In this document: positions 13,052 through 26,011 of the stretch, piece after piece
Position numbering within the stretch: the stretch's first letter is position 1
Layout of the letters: each line of letters opens with the position of its first letter
Source: Mobula hypostoma
Taxonomy: Eukaryota
Length of the DNA stretch: 64,000 nt
Assembly (NCBI RefSeq): GCF_963921235.1
Contig: NC_086115.1
Location: 56,420,001 to 56,484,000, forward strand
Direction of reading: 5' to 3'
Translations under genes and position numbers: made by a program
The notes under the pieces: model-generated
Told to the model about the DNA's origin: nothing
The model's database searches: none
What the model saw: only the letters and a program-made list of their open reading frames with translations

Positions 13052-14064
13052 CTGCAAAAGGAAAAATGAACATTTTAAGTGATACAAAGTATTCTGAAAC
13101 ATCATTCCTGATAACTGGAACTAATGTTAATTTCTAACTATAGTCACTACTAATTTCCAGTTCTATCCTGAAAGAGAGAAAGGATGCAAAGGAAACAGAA
13201 GTAAATGGATAAGAACATCAGCTCAGATTTGATCTGATAAGAGGTTGGTTTTATTGCAAAAATCTGTGAATATATTCACATTAAATCAAATGCATAAATC
13301 CACAAAATTGTAATGTACAGAGGTTAGTAGGTAGTATACAAATAAATGTTAAGCTTTAACACAAATGAAGTAATAATTTATGAGATTCTGAAACTATTTT
13401 TGCACCTGTACCAACACTGCCTTATTCTAACCTCTTTAACATTACTTACCTCCTTCACACTGCTCACATTCTCCTCCTCCTCTAATTTTCAACTCATAAA
13501 ACTTTTCTGTTTGTGCCCTATTCCACCCAAAGAATTGCTCAACCATTATCCTGTTCTTACTGGTTACGGTTGCCCTAATGCATCCTACTTTAGGGCTTCA
13601 GTCTTGTTCTCTAACTACCCCAAATCCACTTTCAGACTCTCCAATCCTTTTATGAATTATGCCTGCCCTTCAATGTCAGCCATATCCTCAGCTGCCTTGG
13701 CCCACTCTCTCGAATTCTCCCTCTGCATTCCTTTGCTCCTTTATGTTAAGGCCTTTATAAAGCTACCACCCAAACCAAATTTATCCTCATCTTTGCATGA
13801 TGGTATCATTTGATGGATATTCCCATAAATAATGTTTTGGATTAAATAAAATAACATCATTATTAAAATAATGGACAAATGGATTTCAATTAACTAATGG
13901 GGCAAAGATCGTCTCCAGTGATCTGAATCCCAAAGAAGGGTCTTGGCCTGGAACATGGACTGCTTATTCATTTCCATCGATGTTGCCTGACCTGATGAGT
14001 TTCTACAACATTCTATGGGTGTTAATCTGCAGAATTAATTATTTTACTAAAACTTGTAATAAAA

Positions 14065-16975
14065 CCATAAGAAATAGAAACAGAACTAGGCCATTGCTTG
14101 GCCCGTTGAATCTGCTCTACAATTTCATCATGGCTGATCCAATTTTCTTCTCAGCTCCAATCTCCTGCCTTCTCCCCATATCCCTTCATGCCTGATCAAA
14201 GAAGAACCTATCAACCTCTGCCTTAAATATATGAAACCCCTTTTTACCGGGCGTCTCTAAAAACACGGCTGGTTAGCCCCTCACTAAGAAGCCAATGGAC
14301 TCAGTGGTGGGAAAACCACCTTTCTCGAACTCCGTATTTCTAGGGTTAATATGACTTGGATCCTACCAGACCAGGTGAGCCAGGGTGTTTTAACCACCTG
14401 CATCCCAATTTGAGAAAATACTGTGTAAATGCAATTACCTGTCAGCAAGAAATAACACATCATACACTGCATATAATTATAAGAAAGGTGTACTTATGAA
14501 TGCCACATAATCAAACAGTTATTAAAGAAGAATGAAAAAGGGAAAAAAAATAAAAGGGTCCATTATATTCAAAGCAGTCCAATCTGCACAAAGGTGGTGC
14601 TCAGATCTTTCAAGAGCTGGAGGTGTCCATGTACTCAGAGCGCCAACTCCTATTCACCAATCATTGATAGAACTTTTCCATTTGGACCCCATCAAATCAC
14701 ACATTCTGGTTGGATCGAATCCTACTGCCAGTTCTCTTGATCATCTTCTCTCTCCACCTACCACCGAAAAGGGCCTTGACTCCTATAGTGTCCATCACAA
14801 AACCTCTCTGCCCAGATCTCTCTAGAACCTTCTCCCAATTCCACCTTCCTGATTGGCTGACCTGACTTTCCTAAGCTGATCACAACCTCTTATCTTTAAT
14901 AGTAACCCAAATACTACTACCAGCAGAACACACTGCTTTTACACAAACCAATTAAATGAAATATCCCACAGCATTAGCAGTAAACACTTTGTAAAATCTT
15001 AACCAGGGCATTACATACATGTAAAGGCCTGGTCTCCACAGCCACCTGAATTCCACAGATACACCTATCTCTGGCAAAAGAAATTCCTCCTCATCTTCTA
15101 AAAGGACGCCCCTCTATTATGAGGCTGTGCCCTCTGGTCTTAGACTCTCCATTCATAGGAAACATCCTCTCCACATCTACTCTATCAAGACCTTTCACCA
15201 TTCAACAGATTTCAATGTGGTCACCCCCTCATTCTTCTGAATTCTAGTGAACACAGGCCCAGAGTCATCAAACGCTCTTTATATGAAAAGCTATTCACTC
15301 CTGGAATAATTTTCTTAAACCTCCTTTGAACCCTCTCCACTTTCAGCACATCCTTTCTAAAATAAGGAGCCCAAAAATGCTCACAATACTCCAAGTGAGG
15401 CCTCACCAGTGCTTTATAAAGTCTCAAAATTACATCCTTGCTTTTATATTCTAGTTCTCTTGAAATGAATGAAACATCACATTTGCCTTCTTCAGTATAG
15501 ACTTAACTTGCAAATTAACCTATAGGGAATCTTGCACAAGGACTCCCAAGTCCCTTTGCATCTCAGTTTCTTGTATTTTCTCTCCATTTAGAAAATGTTC
15601 AACCCTTTCATTTCTTCTACCAAACTGCATGATCGTACACTTCCCAACACTGCATTCCATCTATCTCTTCTCCTAATCTGCCTGTCCTTCTGGAGCCTCT
15701 CTACTTCCTCAAAAATACCTGCCCCTCCACTTATCTTTATATCATCTGTAAACTTTGCAACAAAGCCATCAATTCCATCATCCAAATCATTTACATATAA
15801 CATAAAAAGAATTGGTCCCAATACAGACCGCTGTGGAAAACCACTAGTCACCTGCAGCCAACTAGAAAAGGCTCCCTTTATTTCCACTCTTTGACCCTGC
15901 CAATCCGCCATTGCTTTATCCAAGCTAGACTCTTTCCTGCAATACCATGGGCTCACAGCTTGTTAATCAGCCTCATGCGTGGCACCTTGTCAAAGGCTTT
16001 CTAAAAATCCAAGTACACAACATCAACTAATTCTCCTTTGTCTATCCTGCTTGTTAATTCTTCAAATAATTCCAACAGATGTCAGGCAAGATTTCCCCTT
16101 GAGGAAACCATGTTGACTACAGCCTATTTTATCATGTGTCTCCAAGTTTCCTGAGACTTCATCCTTAATAATCAACACCAACATCTTCCCAACCACTGAG
16201 GTCAGACTAGCTGGCCTATAGTTTCCTTTCTTTTGCCTTTCTCCCTTCTTGTAGAGTAGAGTGACTTTTGCAATTTTCTCGTCTTACGGAACCATTCCAG
16301 AATCTAGTGATTCTTGAAAGATCATTACTAATGCCTCCACAATTTCTTCAGCCACCTCTTTCAAAACCTTGGGATGTACTAGTTGGTCCAGGTGACTTAT
16401 CTAACTTCAGACCTTTCAGTTTCCCAAGAACCTTCTCTCTAGCTATGGTAACTTCACACACTTCATGACCCCTGACACCTGGAACTTCCAACACACTGCT
16501 AGGGCCTGACACAGTAAACAGTGATGCAAAATACTTATTCAGTTCACCTGCCATTTCCTTTTCCCCCCATTACTACCTCTCCAGCATCATTTTCCAGTGG
16601 TCCAATATCCATTCTCACCTCTCTTTTACACTTTACGTATCTGAAGAAACCTATAGTATCCTCTTTAATATTATTGGCTAGCTTACTTCTGTATTTCATC
16701 TTTACCTTCTTAATGACCCTTTTAGTTACCTTCTGCTGGTTTTTAAAAGCATCCCATTCCCCTAACTTTCCACTAATTTTTGCTCTATTAAATGCCCTCT
16801 CTTTAACTTTCATATTGGCTTGGACTTCTCCTGTTAGCCACAATTGTGTCATCTTTCCTCTAGAACACTCCTTCCTCTTTGTGATGTATATAATCCTGTG
16901 TCTTCTGAATTCCAGCCATTGCTACTCTGCCGTCATCCCTGCCAGTGTTCTTTTCCAATCAATTCTGGCCAAATT
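14065..16975 (-). mobile_element. Decayed CR1 LINE in LSM1 intron 1, interrupted by a solo LTR
   Basis: ORFs 15221..15427 (YKALVRPHLEYC), 15588..15956 and 16348..16554 (DKSPGP); many stops and frameshifts. Confidence 0.9.
14232..15015 (-). mobile_element. Solo LTR (784 bp), probably Gypsy-type
   Basis: Minus strand reads TGTAATGCCC...GGGGGTTTCA (TG..CA with short inverted ends); 4-bp TSD TATA/TACA; splits an otherwise colinear CR1 3' end. Confidence 0.7.
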
Positions 16976-17737
16976 CAACAATTCCATAGATTTGTCAGGC
17001 ATAGATGTTGTTAATATGAATGACAAAAAAAACCTGTTTCCAACAAATAGTTTCTTTAGAATTGCATTATCTTGTTAGTGATCTAAAATAATAAAAAGCA
17101 AAACCCTTTCAATTTGTAACAAACTCCTTCATGAAACTTATAATGCTTATGAAGCTATTTTCCTTGAAAGCATGTGAAATAAAGGCTTCTGTCAATGTTG
17201 ATTTAATGGTCCAATTCCTTTTATCCTCTAGCACAGCACACATTGAATACATCACAGAGACAATCCTTGGAGATTCTAAACAGTTTTGTAAGGCAGAAAC
17301 ATTTTGTTAGACAGCATTATTTCTGCTGATAAATTTATTTAAGGTGTTCTTTGCTTGGAACATAAAATCAAAATTATTTGTAAGTCTGTAATTTATGAAT
17401 ACTACATATACAATTGTGAAATGCAGCAGTGTCTCAAGGGCAAAGCAGCAGTATCCACTTCATGAGTCCCATTGTAACCAAACTTGCAATCGTTCTCCAC
17501 AGTGTTACCCGGATGAGTGTTTGTCACTTATACAATATCTATTATGAAAATGGCTCACTGCTACATGGTTTTTCTGTAAACAGATTAAATTTTTTTTTAT
17601 TGAATACTAATAGCCCTTCAACTTAAAGGCAGCAAAAGAATTCTTTCGTTTAGAAATAATGGGGACAAAATAGAGATATATTGCATGCTAACATTTTCTT
17701 CATATTTAATGCAGAATGAAACATTTTTAAATTTTAT

Positions 17738-17739
17738 AC

Positions 17740-17780
<41 letters not shown>
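17738..17780. repeat. Compound (TA)n(GA)n microsatellite in a Rex1 3'UTR relic
   Basis: Seen directly. Confidence 0.9.
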
Positions 17781-19148
17781 CTTCTTACTATAATTTACAG
17801 CTTTTATTCTTACGTATTGCATTGTAATGTTGCTGCATAATGACAAATTTCTCGACATATACCAGTGATATTAAACCTGATTCTGATTTGTGCAAAAGTC
17901 TTGTAGATCAGCAGTGCCTCTGCTAAATACTCCGTTAACACCCTGCATGCTTTCAAATTAGCAATTTATGGGGAATACCTCTGACTTCGGCAGAGTATTT
18001 ATTCATGATTACACCTCTAATGCATCTTGGAATGTTGTCTCTCATTAAATACAGATAATATATAAATATTTTGTGTGGTGCAAGGTCAAGATTGAGAAGC
18101 AGAAAGAGTGTCCAATCACAGTGTCCACAGTTGTTGAACTGTCATCAACAAGTCTGATTAAAGTGAGTAATCGAAATGCGGCTCATCATTCTTTTTAGAT
18201 CAAACTGTATGTCAAGTTTTTACAGTGGGGTTTGTATGAATAGTTTTATTTGGTGTTTCAAATTTTAGCCCTCAGTGTAAATAAAAAAGGGACTAATCAC
18301 GTGAACGCATTAACCACAAAAGGGTTTGTGTATCATCCCAAATCAAGAGTTTAACTTAAGCTATTTATCTCAATCCAAAACATATTCATATGTTTAAAAT
18401 ACAAAAATGTTGTTAAGTTTATTTTGGCTAGGCTATAATTATGGCAGGGACCGACTTCTGTCATCACCACGTGCCGTGTCGTATGACGTGGACAATCACG
18501 GTCAATGACCATGATTGTTCTTGGCATATTTTTCTACATAAGTGGTTTGCCATTGCCTTCTTCTGGGCAGTATCTTTACAAAGTGGTGACCCCAGCCATC
18601 ATCAATACTCTTCAAATTGTCTACCTAACGTCATAACCAGGGCTTGTGATATGCACCACCTGCTCCCATAGCTTCACGTGACCCTGATCTGGGGGGCTAA
18701 GCAGGGGCTCCACCTTACCCAAAGGTGACCTGTAGGCTAGTGGAGGGTAGGAGCACCTTGTACCTCGTTTGGTAGAGACATATCTGCACCCTACCACCCA
18801 TTTGACCTCTGTAGGTTTTTCGACTGAAAATTCTGAAAGAGATATAAGAAACCAGTTAGGTTGCACAGCATTACATTTATGCCAAGTGGAGAATAATGTA
18901 AATGAAAATTATGATAAATATGTAAATTACTGCAGGACCAAGCCATTTGGCCTCTTGAGTCTGTTCTGCCGTTTACTAAGGTTATAGGTGATCAGATTTT
19001 ACACTGCACACTCTTGTCTAGTTGTGGTAAACTTTCAATCCCTTACTGACTAAGAAGCTATTAAACACTGGTCTTTAAAATGCTGGAAGACTCTAACTCC
19101 ACCACCTTTTCTGAGGTACAGAGTACCAAAGACACACAACCCTTAGAG

Positions 19149-19227
19149 CAGGGGTTCCCAACCTTTTTTATGCCATGGACCAATACCATTAAGTAAGGGA
19201 TGGTGGACTCCAGATTGATAACCTCTG
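19149..19227. mobile_element. About 80-bp hAT-type MITE; other copies at 35038-35117, 49366-49445, 60027-60097, 61759-61832 and 63793-63873
   Basis: TIR CAGGGGTTCCCAACC; perfect 8-bp TSD CCTTAGAG here, GT(A/G)TAGTA at the 35 kb copy. Confidence 0.9.
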
Positions 19228-20337
19228 CCTTAGAGAAGGAACTTCATCTCATCTCTGTGTTAAGTGGGTAAATTTTAAAGACCACTTTAAGAGGAAACAT
19301 AATGTCCACATGTACTCCTCGTTAGGGTGTTTTTGCGGTTACCACATAGAGCAATTAACTTCATTAACTAACTTCAGCCACCAATCTTCAGATCTGAATA
19401 TGGACTGCAGATTACATTTAAAATGCAGCTCTGGACAATGGGTTCCTAAGAGCCGTGAACCACAGTTAACTGGAAGATCAGACAACGCTGATTCAAACTC
19501 ATTTGGGTGTCTAAGGTGTGGGTGTGAAGAGGGAGATGTGAAAATTGTGTGGATTTCAAAGGAAGCAAAAAGAACCAATACTCCATAATTTTAATTCCTT
19601 CCTTAGACTGCCTATTACATGCCTTTTTTTTACATTTTGGAAATCTTATAATAATGTAACATTATCAAGTATCAGAATCACAATGAATATTACTATTTTC
19701 TATTCAAGAGAAGCTCCAAAGACTTATAGATTCAAGGATTTGTGTAACAAAAAGGAGCTTTAAGGCAAGAATAATTCACAAAATTGTTCAACCCTTTTCA
19801 AGTTATTAGTCACTTTCCTTTGTTAAAATGTATATTGAGTAACCAGTCTTTCTAACAATGTCCCAGGGACCAATACTCTCCCCATTTTTCCAAGCATGAC
19901 CAAAATCTAATAGCTAATTCATTAAAGATATGATTTTTGTTTACAGAACAGTTTGCTGTAAAGTCAACTGGTGCATATTATGGAAAACAGTTGATATAAT
20001 ACCAGTTCCACTTTGGTAGTGCTAAAGCACCTATGCTGTTTATCCTTTTGTTTAAACACAGCAGATCTGGGACTCCTTGATGTGACGAGCAGGCATAAAG
20101 GATATGAAGTGTTCCAACCCCGGCATGAATATACTGAGCAAAATGTTGATCATGTTTTGCATTTCAACAATGCTTCCAAGGACTTGTAAATATGTACTCA
20201 GAGTAGCTTGGTGTGTTTGATCTTTTATGCAACCAAGTTCTTCCTATACTTTAACCTTCACTGATTTTCCATAACATGCAGCTATCTTTTGACCAGGCTG
20301 TCGTACATAACCAGCACCTAAAATAGATCAGCATACA

Positions 20338-21934
20338 CAGTGGTATGCAAAAGTTTGGGCACCCCGGTCAAAATTTCTGTTTCTGTGAATAGCTAAGCGA
20401 GTAAAAGATGACCCGATTTCCAAAAGGCATAAAGTTAAAGATGACACATTCCTTTAATATTTTAAGCAAGATTACTTTTTTATTTCCATCTTTTATAGTT
20501 TCAAAATAACAAAAAAGGAAAAGGGCCCGAAGCAAAAGTTTGGACACCCTGCATGGTCAGTACTTAGTTACACCCCCTTTGGCAAGTAAGTGCTTTCTGT
20601 AGCCAGCTAAGAGTTTTTCAATTCTTGTTTGGGGGATTTTCGCCCATTCTTCCCTGCAAAAGACTTCTAGTTCTGTGAGATTCTTGGGCCGTCTTGCATG
20701 CACCGCTCTTTTAAGGTCAATCCACAGATTCTCAATGATGTTTAGGTCGGGGGATCATGAGGGCCATGGCAAAACCTTCAGCTTGCACCTCTTGAGGTAG
20801 TCCGTTGTGGATTTTGAGGTGTGTTTAGGATCATTATCCTGTTGTAGGAGCCATTCTCTTTTCATCTTCAGCTTTTTTTTTTACTGACGGTGTGATGTTT
20901 GCTTCCAGAATTTGCTGGTATTTAATTGAATTCATTCTTCCCTCTTCCAGTGAAATGTTCCCCGTGCCACTGGCTGCAACACAAGCCACCCACGTGCTTA
21001 ACAGTTGGAGAGGTGTTCTTTTCATAAAATTCTACACCCTTCTTTCTCCAAACATACCTTTGCTCCTTGCGGCTAAAAAGTTCTATTTTAACTTCATCAG
21101 TGCACAGGACTTGTTTCCAAGATGCATCAGGCTTGTTTAGATGTTCCTTTGCAAACTTCTGACACTGAATTTTGTGGTGAGGACGCAGGAAAGGTTTTCT
21201 TCTGATGACTCTTTCATGAAGGTCATATTTGTGCAGGTGTCACTGCACAGTAGAACAGTGCACCACCACTCCAGGGTCTGTTAAATCTTCCTGAAGGTCT
21301 TTTGCAGTCAAACAGGGGTTTTGATTTGCCTTTCTAGCAATCCTATGAACAGTTCTCTCAGAAAGTTTTTTTGGTCTTCCAGACCTCAACTTAACCTCCA
21401 CTGTTTCTGTTAACTGCCATTTCTTAATTACATTACAAACTGAGGAAATGGCTACATAAAACTGCTTTGCTATCTTCTTATAGCCTTCTCCTGCTTTGTG
21501 GGCATCATTTATTTTAATTTTTAGAGTGCTAGGCAGCTGCTTAGAGGAGCCCATGGCTGCTGATTGTTGGGACAAGATTTGAGGAGTCAGGGTATTTATA
21601 AAGCTTTGAAATTTGCATCACCTGGCCTTTCCTAACGATGATTGTGAACAAGCCATAGCCCTAACAAGCTAATTAAGGTCTGAGACCTTGGTAAAAGTTA
21701 TCTGAGACTTCAAATCTCTAGGGGTGCCCAAACTTTTGCATGGTGTTTCTTTCCTCTTTTTCCACTCTAAAATTGTATAAAAGAAAAATAATACACTAAT
21801 CTTGCTTAAAATGTTGAAAAGAATGTTTCATCTTTAATTTTATGACTTTTGGAGATCAGTTCATCTTCTACTCACTTAACTATACACAGTAACAGAAATT
21901 TTGACCGGGGTGTCCAAACTTTTGCATGCCACTG
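20338..21934 (-). mobile_element. Near full-length DD34E Tc1 transposon of IR/DR type (transposase pseudogene 20557-21554)
   Basis: About 210-bp TIRs starting CAGTGG(T/C)ATGCAAAAGTTTGG, each with outer and inner direct repeats; GRPKK AT-hook, [11 protein letters not shown]...SPDLNIIE (34-aa spacing), KGGVTKY*; stops and deletions; right TA intact, left TA mutated to CA. Confidence 0.95.
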
Positions 21935-24699
21935 TAAACGCCAAGGAGGCCAGTGCTAGACTGATTTTTGGGTTGAGGACATGTACATTTAGCAATTTAA
22001 TGCTCAATTATAAATTGCACATTGCACATTTAGATGGAGATGTAATGTGAAGATTTTTACTCGTGCATATGAAGCATGCAAGTAATACAGTCAATTCAAT
22101 TGATTGCGGCTACCATTCTTCACATCTGAAAATATATTGTGCAGCGCTGGACAATGGGCTCCTAAAAGCTGTGAATCCCAGACCAAGCAATGATGATTAA
22201 AATTCATTTGGATGTCTGTGGTGTGGATGCGAATCAGGAAGTGTGAACGTTGTATGTGGTTTCAAAAAAAGCATTATCCATACACTGTAAATATGGAGTT
22301 GTCCTTTGATGTTTGGCACATAAAATATCCAACCCCACGTTGGGCCAGAAACAGCTTTCGACTGAAAGCGTCTCCATAAGATGCCTGCAGTACCTTGTTT
22401 TGTCATATAAAGAAGCTGCTTTGTATCTACCAGTAATTTTCTCCAGTGACTTCATTCACGCAACAAAAGCCAGGACAGATTTCTACCCAGACCTTGAGAA
22501 ACTTCAGCCCACGATCCTCCTGGACAATTCAATGTTAAAATAGCAAAAGACCAAATCCTCTGAAAAATCCTGAAAGGCAAGGATGGAGTATGGAAAGTTA
22601 GGGCAGCATGGTAATCACTTTACAGGGCCAGTGATCACCGACTGGAGTTCAATTCCCTCCATTGTCTGTAAGGAGCTTGTATGTTCTCTCTGTGACTGTG
22701 TGGGATTCCTCTGGGTGTTCTGGTTTATTCCACTTTCCAAAGACATATGGTTGGGGCTAGTGAGTTGTAAGTGATGCTGTGTTGGCACCAGAAGCATGGT
22801 GATACTTGCGGGCAGCCCCCAGCATAACCCTTACAGATTTGATTTGATACAGCACAGCACATTTTACTGTATGTTTCAATGTACGTACATGTGATAAGTA
22901 AAGCTAATCTTTAATCTTTTCAGTGAGTCCTCCATCTGAGTAAGGATTTGTGATAACCAGTACACTGCTTCATTAGAGGGTCAAGCACAGGACTTCTTGG
23001 TAATTTCTCCCAATCTAGGCAATGGTACTTGTCAAATTATCTCTTCATCTGAGCAAGAGATTATAAGAGAGTCTGCTATATCCACACCATAATGGCTACT
23101 TATGACTGTGGGTCTGATCCATTCTGTTATCTCCATCAGTCTGGCTCCAAAGCAAAAAATGGCAACAGAAACAGTGATGCACGTTTCAGACAACCTGAGG
23201 ACTCTCAACCAACAGGAGGAATAGAGTATCCACAGCTTCTAGTCTCCTTTGAGGATCACCATAATTAGCACCTGTGAAGATACTCTTCATATAACTGCTA
23301 GCAAAAACCAGAACTTGATTGATGAGGGCGTGCGGGAGATCCAGGAATTAACTGAAAGCATATGTTTAGTTCCTTTGTAACGTAATTCCACCACACCTCA
23401 AGGAAAATGAAACAGCTCAGCCTTAACAGAAAACTACAGTCTATAGAGCAGATGGTTGGTGGAAGGAGAACAGCAAGTCCAGTAACTCACCAATAATCAT
23501 GACATATGGATTCATAAGCACCGTCAAGACTACTATAGGCCAGACACCCAAGAGTCCACCCTGCTATGAGCCAAGAAGACAGTATTTTTGCTGAAGTTTT
23601 AAAAAAATTAACCCTTAAAGGAGACAGTATTCTTGTCTAAAACACAGCAGAGTAATTCACAAACTCATTTCCCACATTAGGGGAACTCAGAAACACCATA
23701 ATTATTATTTCTTTCAAGAACAGAAACAAATCAATTGCATTAACCGCAGAGGATCAATGTCTCTGCCAGCATTCACCTCAGCCAACTCCTGCCAATGATC
23801 AAAGAGCTGTTCCCTGAACCACAGTGTGACTTAACCATCTCAAATCAAAATGGATAAGATTTAATGGCATATCAACCCTATTCAGTGGATTCATGACTTT
23901 TATCAGTTTTTGCAAATTTCATCCTTCAATTGGCATCATATATCCGAAGCAGATTTGGAAAAATTACAGTCTATGCTTTCGAGAACCAATTCTGAAATAA
24001 AACCAGGAAAGGTCGGTGGGGGTGCATGTGTGCATTCACATCAATGACCTTTCATTGCTGTCAATGATCTGAAATATTAACATTATTTCTGACTCCAGTA
24101 ATGCTGTTCCATGCACTTAGTTCAGTATTTCCTGTTTTTATGTTTAAATTAACATTTCAGGTAATAAAAAGTTACTGACCTGAAATAATAGCCGTTATTT
24201 CCCCCTACATCAAAATCACCTCAACTGCTGAGCACTTTGTGTGTCGTTTTCCCCAAAATTTCAGATTTCTAGCATCTTTAGCACTTTACATTTGCAGAAG
24301 AAATTCTGATCAGATTTTTAATTATGTAGGGAAATTATCGTCAATTAAAATTAATAGCGAAGGAGGTTGCAATTTTTCTCTTGCCTGATCACCAGAACTG
24401 ATCAGGTTTCTAACACAAGACACCCAGCGGACTTTGCCTGTGATCAGTATCTGATGTAGAAAACAAAGTGGAGAAATGATTTAAGAATATTCTCAAGCTT
24501 CCTTCAATAAAAAAAATGCAACATCACCAGAGACCGAGATCCCCTGAACCACCACAACTTGGATACGGAGCTTTCTGAATGGCATTGAGAACCTCAGTGG
24601 GACAGGACCGTAGAGGAGGCCAGCATGAATGGCGGGACTGCAGCATAAACAAGCTGGGATCTGCCAATGAAGCATTTACCCTGTTTCCCTTTCCACAAT

Positions 24700-25356
24700 T
24701 CTAACTTAGTCAGCTGCATCATGGGCACTGGCCTCTGTAGTCTCCAGGACACCCGCAAGCAGTGAAGCCTCAAAAAGGCGGCATTCATCACCTATCGCCC
24801 AGGTTATGCCTTGTTCTCATTGCTACCATTATGAAGGCGCTACAGGAGCCTGAAGGCACACATTCAAAAGATTCAGGAACAGTTATTCCCCCCTGCCATG
24901 TATTTTCTGAATGGACATTGAACCCATAAACTCTACCTCACTTTTTAAAATTTCTATTTTTGCACTACTTAAATTTATTTTATATATTTACTGTAATTCA
25001 CGGTTTTTTCTCTATTATTTTGTACTGAATTGCACTGTTGCCGCAAGGACCATTTTCACGACACATACCAGTGATACATTCAGCCAGAGACTCATTCCAC
25101 TGAGATGCAACACAGAGTGTCATAGGAAGTCATTCCTGCCTGTGGCCATCAAACTTTACAACTCCTCCCTTGGAGGGTCAGACACCCTGAGCCAATAGGC
25201 TGGTCCTGGACTTATTTCCTGGCATAATTTACTTTTTACTATTTAACTATTTATGGTTTTATTACTATTTATTATTTATGGTGCAACTGGTACCAATTTC
25301 CCCCGGGATCAATAAAGTATGACTATGACTACGACTATATTAAACCTGATTCTGAG
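24700..25356 (+). mobile_element. Rex1-type 3' fragment with a second Rex1-type tail nested at about 25078-25336
   Basis: RKSFLPVAIKLYN C-terminus and (GACTAT)n tail inserted in the host tail CCAGTGATA..TTAAACCTGATTCTGA. Confidence 0.7.
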
Positions 25357-25709
25357 ATGCCTCCTGACCTGTTCATCATTTCCAGGACCTTAAGTTTTTA
25401 TTTAAGATTTCTAGCAGCTACTTTAAAAAAATCACTAACTAGCGAAGCAACTTCTTTCATCGGGCATCCGTGGAAGTACAGTATCTGCGATCTCATCGGA
25501 TACCTCAGACCCAAACGAAGGCAGCTTTGGTCCCGAAAGGCTGCCCAACAAGAGAACATGAAGCAAAAGCAGACGATGCTCCAAGTTTCCTGGGCTGGGG
25601 ATAAATACAAGCCTGGGTGTCAAGCAGTGGCACCACAACGAGGGCAAAGCTACCAGGACTCCGCCACGCAAGGGGAGGACGATTGAAGAAAGTGAAAGTG
25701 GCGCCTTAC

Positions 25710-25755
25710 TGTCAATGTCTTCAATCAGGCTGGCTGTGCCGGGCATATAGTTCAT
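25710..25755 (-). CDS. LSM1: LSM1 coding exon 1 (46 bp, MNYMPGTASLIEDID+1 nt)
   Basis: Encodes the vertebrate LSM1 N-terminus MNYMPGTASLIEDID; ATG at 25755-25753 in context CAAGATG; GTAAGG donor follows; lies in a CpG island. Confidence 0.96.
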
Positions 25756-25999
25756 CTTGCTCCGAAGCAACCATTGGACGTCACATGGTCCACAGGAAGA
25801 GGAGGCGACGTCGGAGCCGCGTCACTTCCGCCACCGCTGATCCTGGGCGCCCGGGTGCTCTCTCCTGCTGCCGTTAGCTCCTTCTCGGTGCAGCCGGCCG
25901 AGGTCGCATTCGCGGCGGAGTTATCCCCCGTCTGTTCCCGTGAATCCCTCTCCCCAACCGAAGGGCGGTTTCGCTGAGCGAGGGTCGGTGAGGTGTAAG

Positions 26000-26011
26000 A
26001 TGGCGGCTCGG
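26000..26011 (+). CDS. PRDX3: PRDX3 coding exon 1 (MAAR, 12 bp)
   Basis: Strong Kozak AAGATGG; ATG GCG GCT CGG followed by GTGAGG donor; phase 0 fits exon 2. Confidence 0.8.
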
